Assembly (NCBI GenBank): GCA_004213175.1
Contig: SHAT01000004.1
Coordinates: forward strand, 3,039 to 67,038
From: Pseudomonadota bacterium
Lineage (GTDB): Bacteria; SAR324; NAC60-12
Direction: 5' to 3'
Length of the DNA: 64,000 nucleotides
In this document: one piece after another, positions 19,988 through 26,482 of the stretch
Layout: the number at the start of each line of letters is the position of its first letter
How positions within the stretch are numbered: the first letter of the stretch is position 1
Position numbers and translations under genes: made by a program
Notes under the pieces: model-generated
What the model was told of the DNA's origin: nothing
Databases searched by the model: none
What the model saw: only the letters and a program-made list of their open reading frames with translations

Positions 19988-21304
19988 TTATTTTGATAAA
20001 ACTTTGTTCCCGTATTCAACGAAGTTGTCTATAGCTTTTCTTAAGCTCTGTCTTCCGTTAAATACTTCATCTAGCTCTCCATTCATTCCTCCGGATTTTG
20101 AAGCTGCATAACCTCTCCATTTACTCCATTTTGGAGTAAATGATGTAGTTGTTGTACCTGATCCAATTTCAAGTAGAACTTCTTTGTTGGAAGGTTGTAA
20201 GTCACGCTCGAGCCATGCGTCGGACTCTGCAATTGGTCTGTAGGCTGGCACTTTCCCGCCAAGAAAATCTTTTGCCTTACGACCAGAACCTGTCATGTAC
20301 ATAATGAATTTCCATGCGAGGTCCGTATTTTTTGTATTGGGCGAAACAGCAAGCATATCTGCCCATGCATAACCTTTGGCAGTTGCTGGTTTTGCGTTAG
20401 GCCCCATTGGGATTTGAGAAATTCCCCAACGAAATTTACCCTTAGCAGCCTTGCGTAAGTGCGCGATATTCCAGGAACCATCTACCCACATTGCTGTCAT
20501 TCCCATGGGGAATACATCTTTTGATCGAATACCTTCCATATCCTGTGGTTTTGCCGCTACTTGATGAAGGTTGGCAAGGTCAGTCAGAAATTTCATAGCC
20601 TCGATCGCTCTAAAGTCCGGTGCAATGCTTGTTCGATTTGTAGTAAGCAACTTGCCACCATTTCGGAAAACCCATGGCTCTATATGAGCATAACGACCAT
20701 ATGCCCAGAATCCATATTGATCGATTCTGCCATCATTATCCTTATCTTTGGTCAAGGCAACCGTTGCGGTAAGGAAATCACTCCAAGTCCAATTTGAATT
20801 TGGATACATAATTCCTGCTGCATCAAAGGCATCCTTATTAAAAAACAATACAGGTGCTACCCAGTTTTGTGGGAAAGCATACAGTCCATTACCCAACCTT
20901 GCTACATCCATTGCTCCAGAAAACCATTTTGACATATCAAGTTTGTCTGCATAGGCTTTCAAATTACGAAGTTGCCCGTCAGCATGCCAGCTTTGGATAT
21001 AACCTGAAGACATAGCAAAAACATCAGGTAAGTCTCCAGATGCAGCCAATGCGGAAATCCGAGGCCAATATTCCTTCGGTGGCATTGCACTTACTTCGAT
21101 ATTAACTCCTGGATTAGAGCTTTCAAACTTTGCTATGGTTGCTTTTTCTATCTCTAGCTGAGAAGGATCCCACATCATATAACGTAGAGTTTGGGCACTT
21201 GCGCTTTGAAAAACTACGAAGAATAAGAAGCTAAAGGTTATCACGATTCTCTGAAACATTTTTCTCTCCATATTAGATTGTAGATTGAATAAAAAACTAT
21301 CCAC
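19988..21304 (-). CDS. ABC transporter extracellular sugar-binding protein
   Basis: It shows family-1 SBP features and a signal peptide FSFLFFVVFQSASA-QT. The real start is probably the ATG at 21271 or 21259. Confidence 0.88.
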   Translation of the reverse strand: MDSFLFNLQSNMERKMFQRIVITFSFLFFVVFQSASAQTLRYMMWDPSQLEIEKATIAKFESSNPGVNIEVSAMPPKEYWPRISALAASGDLPDVFAMSSGYIQSWHADGQLRNLKAYADKLDMSKWFSGAMDVARLGNGLYAFPQNWVAPVLFFNKDAFDAAGIMYPNSNWTWSDFLTATVALTKDKDNDGRIDQYGFWAYGRYAHIEPWVFRNGGKLLTTNRTSIAPDFRAIEAMKFLTDLANLHQVAAKPQDMEGIRSKDVFPMGMTAMWVDGSWNIAHLRKAAKGKFRWGISQIPMGPNAKPATAKGYAWADMLAVSPNTKNTDLAWKFIMYMTGSGRKAKDFLGGKVPAYRPIAESDAWLERDLQPSNKEVLLEIGSGTTTTSFTPKWSKWRGYAASKSGGMNGELDEVFNGRQSLRKAIDNFVEYGNKVLSK

Positions 21305-21865
21305 AGTTAGGATATATACCTACATTAAATTTTTTGTAGATAGCCCATCATGAGCTAATTTTTCTTTTTAAAAATGATCTTTATCTTTTATTTCAAAAAA
21401 AGAACTACGTGTGGATATCCCTAAAATTGAATTGTAATGCATTTTGTCTAAATTTCCAACTAGCAAATAAAAAATTACCTAGTCCCAAGGTTATTGTAGA
21501 TAAAAATATTTATACTCTTCTGCAGTCAGGCTCTGAATTAGAATTAAGAACAGATTTTGTCAAATAATTTATAGCTCTTCAGCTTTTTTCAAATTAAAAA
21601 TATTTTTTAAGTCATCTTTAGTACAAAAAAAATGGCCTAGTATTTTGATACATACCTATGTATCCCTTTCAGCGGAATTAGCATTTTTGAAAAGAATATA
21701 GACTTTGATAAATACTGACTATTATGAATGTTTATTTGTAAAATATATATTGTTAGAAAAATGATGTATTCATTATTTAGCAATAACCTCATTTCAATAG
21801 ATTGTTCAAAAAATCAAAAGTTGTAATAATATTTTAATTTCTAAACTTAAGAATAGTTTTACTTA

Positions 21866-22747
21866 ATGAACAATATCACTCTTTTAGTAATTGCAGCTGG
21901 GTTAGGTTCGCGCTTTGGAGGGTTGAAGCAAATAGCATCTGTAGGAATAAATGGTGAATCAATTATTGATTATTCTGTTTATGATGCCATCGAATCTGGT
22001 TTCAACAAAGTAGTCTTTGTAATTCGTAGTGAATTCAAAAAAGAGTTCGAGGAGAATATTTCAAGAAAATATGCAGGTAAAATTCAGGTTGAATTTGTAT
22101 TTCAAGAATTGAATTCGCTTCCAAATGGACTTTTATGTCCAAAAGAACGTAAATTACCTTGGGGTACTGGTCATGCAATTTTGTCAGCCTCAAAATTGAT
22201 AAAAGAACCTTTTTGTGTAATAAATGCTGACGATTTTTATGGACGTGAGTCTTTTAAAAAAATCATAGAATTTTTTTCCAAAGATTCTAAGAATTTAAGT
22301 ATGGTTTATTTTAAATTGGGAAGGACACTATCACCTTTTGGGGGAGTTAGCCGTGCAATTTGTAAATTAAATAATGGGATTCTTAGTAATTTAATAGAAA
22401 AAGAAAATATTCAAAATATTAATGGAATAATAACTTCCAACAAAATTTTAAAACTTGACGCCCGAACTCCCGTATCCTTAAATATGTGGGGATTCAGGCC
22501 TTTCATATTTGATCATTTAGAAGAAATGTTTATAAATTTTTATAATAAAAATGTTGAAGATTTAAATAGTGAATTTTTAATCCCTACAGTTATAAATAAT
22601 CTCATTAAAACTCAAAGAGAAAAAGTTTTTGCTCTAAATAGCAATTCTAATTGGTTTGGTATTACTTATAAAGAGGATATTTCTTTTGTAGGGTCTAAGC
22701 TACAGAAGATTGTCAATAATGGAGAATATCCAAAAGAATTATTTTAG
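21866..22747 (+). CDS. sugar-phosphate nucleotidyltransferase (NTP_transferase fold)
   Basis: It has the N-terminal GxGSR loop LVIAAGLGSRFGGLKQ. 293 aa and markedly AT-rich. Confidence 0.8.
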   Translation: MNNITLLVIAAGLGSRFGGLKQIASVGINGESIIDYSVYDAIESGFNKVVFVIRSEFKKEFEENISRKYAGKIQVEFVFQELNSLPNGLLCPKERKLPWGTGHAILSASKLIKEPFCVINADDFYGRESFKKIIEFFSKDSKNLSMVYFKLGRTLSPFGGVSRAICKLNNGILSNLIEKENIQNINGIITSNKILKLDARTPVSLNMWGFRPFIFDHLEEMFINFYNKNVEDLNSEFLIPTVINNLIKTQREKVFALNSNSNWFGITYKEDISFVGSKLQKIVNNGEYPKELF

Positions 22748-22849
22748 ATTTTTAATTTGGTCTATTAGAAATGTATATTTATTAGAGATAAGAAAAGTAC
22801 TATACCATTTTGGATGAGATTCCACTTTTACGTTTCACTCTTTTCTATT

Positions 22850-22897
22850 TGTCCGTATTTTGTCCGCAAATATATCGTTTGTCCGCACTTGTCCGCA
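22850..22897. repeat. four phased TGTCCG(T/C)A octamers
   Basis: TGTCCGTA at 22850, and TGTCCGCA at 22861, 22880 and 22890. The spacings are 11, 19 and 10 bp. The array ends 28 nt from the CCA end of tRNA-like copy B. Confidence 0.6.
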
Positions 22898-22925
22898 CGG
22901 GTTTCGGGGCTAAGTCACTGATATT

Positions 22926-23097
22926 TGGTGCGAGAAGGGGGACTCGAACCCGATTACCCGTCCTCACAATCCCTGCAATTGCATGGCTCGGGGAGCACGG
23001 CCCCCTTTTGTATGCATTCAGAATCGATTTATCCATACAACTTCTTGGATATGGCAGCCCCAGTCTCAAAAGTCTCTTCCGCACTAAGGTGCGAATA
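22926..23097 (-). ncRNA. tRNA-Leu(CAG)-like structured element, copy B (better preserved); family unknown
   Basis: The minus strand ends ...GCAAT-TGCAGGG-ATTGT-GAGGACGGGTAATC-GGG-TTCGAGT-CCC-CC-TTCTCGC-A-CCA. This gives a T-loop, an acceptor 3' strand, discriminator A and an encoded CCA, plus a 5-bp/7-nt hairpin with CAG in the anticodon position. It is not a canonical tRNA: it has G33, a 3-bp T stem, and ~80 nt between the candidate 5' acceptor strand GCGGAAG and the D-like hairpin. Confidence 0.5.
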
Positions 23098-23189
23098 ACG
23101 CTCTGTACTGGCAGAATCTTTGTAATCTAGATGACAATCCCTATGATCCCAAGACTTTTCCCAACCCGGGACAAATTTGAAAGTGTTAT

Positions 23190-23372
23190 TCAATAGTTTT
23201 TCACTACTTTAGTCTTTTCATAATCCTCAATGGCTTTTTTGAGGGTTGTGTATTCATCACAACCAAAAAAACAAATACTATCAAGCTTACCTAAATGAAT
23301 CTTAGCCTTTTCTGGTTGACCGAGATTTAAATATAGGGTGGATTTGATCCGCCCAACTCCACCATCCGAGTT
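23190..23372 (-). pseudogene. start-less C-terminal fragment of a TPR-like protein
   Basis: The 60-codon open frame reads NSDGGVGRIKSTLYLNLGQPEKAKIHLGKLDSICFFGCDEYTTLKKAIEDYEKTKVVKNY*. It is bounded upstream by TAA and contains no ATG, GTG or TTG. The LNLGQPEKAK pattern is TPR-like. Confidence 0.35.
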
Positions 23373-23434
23373 TTATGCCTTGAAACCAGTAATATCATGG
23401 CTTGATAGATTTACTACTTCCAATTAAATATCTT

Positions 23435-23899
23435 TTAAATATTCAACTTACCTTTCATTAATGCAAAATGACCAGGGAAACTGCATATAAAGATGTATTC
23501 TTTCCCACTAATAAAAACATTAGGATCTAACTCCAAAGTTGTTTCTTCTCCCCCCCCAATCATTTTTGATTTAAATAATATTTCATCCATTTCTGGCATA
23601 AATCCATTTTCAATTCCATGAGACATATTAATTTTAGATATAACTTTTTGTAAATTATTTGATTCAAGAAATACAATGTTGTGACCCATAGCATTTACTG
23701 GTAAATTCCCAGAATGTTTAAGATTTACAACAAATTTTTCACAATTTTTATTAATATGTATTTCATTGGTATCGAATTTCATCATGTCCGACCCATGAAC
23801 AACTAATCCACACTCTTCTGCATATGTGTAAGAAAAGTTAAACACTGTTAATACAACTAAAATGATTTTCATCAAAATATTCTTAAAATAAAACTTCAT
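23435..23899 (-). CDS. azu: azurin (type-1 blue copper protein) with signal peptide
   Basis: It aligns along its length with Pseudomonas azurin as I remember it: AEECGLVVHGSDMMKFDTNEI...NLKHSGNLPVNAMGHN...CSFPGHFALMKG. The His/Cys/His/Met copper ligands are present. Confidence 0.9.
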   Translation of the reverse strand: MKFYFKNILMKIILVVLTVFNFSYTYAEECGLVVHGSDMMKFDTNEIHINKNCEKFVVNLKHSGNLPVNAMGHNIVFLESNNLQKVISKINMSHGIENGFMPEMDEILFKSKMIGGGEETTLELDPNVFISGKEYIFICSFPGHFALMKGKLNI

Positions 23900-24079
23900 T
23901 TTTCCTCATTAATTGAAAATTTTAAATTATTTGAACCAGGCAACTTTTAAAATGTTTATTCATTTGTTAAAAAAAATTGTATATTTGATGTTGACTCGTA
24001 AGAAATTTTAAAACTAACAAGATAGATCTATAATTGTCATAGAATTAGAAGGTTAATATAGCCTACTTCCCGTAAGTTC

Positions 24080-24775
24080 CTATTCAGTTTTAGAATCCTT
24101 TTTTGCCGCAGCCCAAATTACTAAACCAAATGCTGTCTTATTGATTAAGTCTGCATAGTTATAAATAATGTTGACTGCATTTACATTGGCGCTTTCTAGT
24201 AAATACCCCCAAAAATAACCTATCGGATATATAGCCCAACCTATAGTTACAATTAACCTCAACGCATTAAATGCCTTTTGACAGGATAGGTTTGCTGAAT
24301 CAGCATTAATCTTACTAGCTTCCCCTAAAAAGATCTCATAAATAATCAAAAGCCATCCAACCATACCAATTACAAATCCTAAAGTGGCATCTATAAAATT
24401 TGCTTCACCTAGATATCCGAAGACCAACATTATTAAAGAATAACCTAGTAATCTCCAAAATAATGCTATGGGAACTGTAGCTATTGCCGCCAAAATTAGA
24501 TAAAATTCTACAATTTGTAATGGTACAGTCAGTACCCAATCAACATACCTAAATACTGTTGGACTTTCTCCAGTTGCTACCCATACATCTCGCATGTAAA
24601 AATAGTGAACTGCTGCTATTCCTGTAATTAAACCTGCTACTGTAACAGATGTTTTCCATTTTCCTACTACCCCGTCCCTTTCAATAAAGAAGAAGACTGA
24701 AGATGCCATCATAGCCATAGTAGCAACAAAAAATGAAATCCCTACAAAATCATCTGGTTTTAAAATTCCTTCCAT
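24080..24775 (-). CDS. proteorhodopsin, blue-absorbing type (Gln at the spectral-tuning position)
   Basis: It has 7 TM helices. RYVDWVLTVPLQIVEF gives Asp acceptor, Thr and Glu donor (DTE), with Q at the L/Q105 tuning site. The retinal Schiff-base Lys lies in YADLINKTAFGLVIW. Confidence 0.93.
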   Translation of the reverse strand: MEGILKPDDFVGISFFVATMAMMASSVFFFIERDGVVGKWKTSVTVAGLITGIAAVHYFYMRDVWVATGESPTVFRYVDWVLTVPLQIVEFYLILAAIATVPIALFWRLLGYSLIMLVFGYLGEANFIDATLGFVIGMVGWLLIIYEIFLGEASKINADSANLSCQKAFNALRLIVTIGWAIYPIGYFWGYLLESANVNAVNIIYNYADLINKTAFGLVIWAAAKKDSKTE

Positions 24776-25106
24776 TATGCTCCTTCATAAAAAAAAATTA
24801 ATAGTATCATACATTTAGCTTTATTAACTTCAGCCAATAAATATTAATATATGGATTAACAAACTTAAATTTACTATATTTTATGACTTTATTCAAGTGT
24901 GTGCTTCCCCTCCCCCCTCATTCCACAAGTTCTTCCAGCTCCTGAATTTCAACTAAGCCTATGTACAGCAATTCATCTGTTACCTGACTGACGCTCAGGC
25001 CAGTTCGCTCTGACATAGCCACAAGGGTACGCTTGATTTTTGCATAAAAGTGACACAATTATACAATTTGACCAAACGTAAAAGTGCTGTAATCCGTTGG
25101 TAGGAC

Positions 25107-25183
25107 TGGCGCACCCGGCACGATTCGAACGTGCGACCCTCAGTACCGCAAACTGATGCTCTATCCAGCTGAGCTACGGGTGC
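25107..25183 (-). tRNA. tRNA-Arg, anticodon GCG
   Basis: Hand-folded sequence: GCACCCG-TA-GCTC-AGCTGGATA-GAGC-A-TCAGT-TTGCGGT-ACTGA-GGGTC-GCACG-TTCGAAT-CGTGC-CGGGTGC-G-CCA. All stems are Watson-Crick. The D-loop and body are very similar to E. coli tRNA-Arg(ACG). Confidence 0.9.
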
Positions 25184-25373
25184 ATTATTTTGAGAAGTCT
25201 GCCTACAAGTAACAAAGACCAACAGGCTCGTATATAATGCCTCTAACAGTGGGGTAAGTCAATTTTAATTTGGAGAGTTATGTAGTCTTATTTGTTGCTA
25301 TTCCAATGTTTGAGGGAAATTTTTGGCTTAATTACGTTAGTCTCGGAATATTTAGGTATAAACTTTCCCGGAA

Positions 25374-26351
25374 TTATCCTGCCAAAGCAAGCGGTTGTTC
25401 AAGATGTTGGATTTTCCGCATACATTCAACGAAAGTTTTCTCATTTTGGCATTCCATCAAACGTTTACGCCATTCTTTCGCGTTTCTGAAACCACTCACA
25501 TAATTCCCGATATACTTTCTAAATTCTCTTACAGCCACCAATTCCCGTTTAAATCGTCGGTACAAATGGAAATGTTTAAGAGCCAGTTTTATACGTTCAT
25601 CAATTGTTGGCTCTGGATATTTTCGCCGATCCTGAAAACACCATGGATTCCCAATTGCAGCACGTCCAATCATGAAGCCGTCAAGATTAGCTATTTTCTT
25701 CAGACCATGATTTAAGCTCTGGATATCACCATTTCCAATTACTGGAATCTTCAGGTGACGTTTCAATTTATAAATAGGTTGCCAGTCTGACTCACCTTTG
25801 AAAGCCTGATTATAGGTTCGTCCGTGAATTGTAAGCATGGAGGTTCCGGCAGACTCCAGAGATTTTGCAAAATTTATTAAATTTTTGTCATCTTTCCAAC
25901 CTAATCTTGTTTTGACGGAAACCTCTAAGGAACAAGCTTTGCGGATTTCTTCAACAATCCTGCAGGCCGTGTCGGGATTCTGCATCAACGCACTACCATG
26001 TTGAGAATGTACAATTTTTTTTGATGGACACCCCATATTGATGTCCACTCCCAGAATTCCACGATCTTCAACCATACGTGATGCTTCAGCGAAAATATAA
26101 GGAGAATTACCAAAAAGCTGCATGAAAAAAGGATGTTCACACGGTTCATAATCCATTCTTAAACGAACATGTTCGCTACGCATCAGTCCGTCAACGCTAG
26201 TAAACTCACTGAAAAGAATGACATCTTTGCTTAAACTTCGTACAATTTGACGGTAAGCCGAATTTGTTACTCCGTCCATTGGTGCAAGACATACAATTGG
26301 GCGCTTGACTTCGGACCAACTCATGACATGATTAGTGGAATACCTTTTCAT
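25374..26351 (-). CDS. tRNA-dihydrouridine synthase (Dus family)
   Basis: It has LAPMDGVTNSAYRQI, DINMGCP and IGNGDI motifs. 325 aa. Confidence 0.9.
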   Translation of the reverse strand: MKRYSTNHVMSWSEVKRPIVCLAPMDGVTNSAYRQIVRSLSKDVILFSEFTSVDGLMRSEHVRLRMDYEPCEHPFFMQLFGNSPYIFAEASRMVEDRGILGVDINMGCPSKKIVHSQHGSALMQNPDTACRIVEEIRKACSLEVSVKTRLGWKDDKNLINFAKSLESAGTSMLTIHGRTYNQAFKGESDWQPIYKLKRHLKIPVIGNGDIQSLNHGLKKIANLDGFMIGRAAIGNPWCFQDRRKYPEPTIDERIKLALKHFHLYRRFKRELVAVREFRKYIGNYVSGFRNAKEWRKRLMECQNEKTFVECMRKIQHLEQPLALAG

Positions 26352-26482
26352 TGTTCAAATAGTGTCAAATTTTAATATTTCATCAGTGCTTTTAAAAACG
26401 GAGTTCGTTTATGTCTTACAGAAATATTCTTAGATCGTCTGGCTCCAAATTTATCATCTGATTTTAACTTGTAAAAGCTGTA

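Noticed and set aside
23337-23364. A plus-strand sequence GGGTGGATTTGATCCGCCCAACTCCACCA looks like the T-arm and acceptor-CCA end of a tRNA or tmRNA.
   Set aside because: There is no complementary 5' acceptor strand at tRNA distance. Candidate tmRNA 5' ends (GGGGCTAAG at 22906, GGGGAGCAC at 22990) leave 2 of 7 acceptor pairs mismatched and lack tmRNA core motifs. The stretch lies inside a protein-like minus-strand frame (the TPR remnant), which explains it better.
22906-23372. I tested whether the repeated element is a one-piece or permuted tmRNA (ssrA).
   Set aside because: The acceptor would be G3:C70, not the G3:U70 needed for alanylation. No tag reading frame or pseudoknot series is evident, and at ~170 nt it is too short. 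No GGGG-start coding piece follows the CCA end, as a permuted gene would require.
24995-25222. A 75-aa minus-strand ORF (MVFVTCRQ...).
   Set aside because: It reads straight through the tRNA-Arg gene, so it is spurious.
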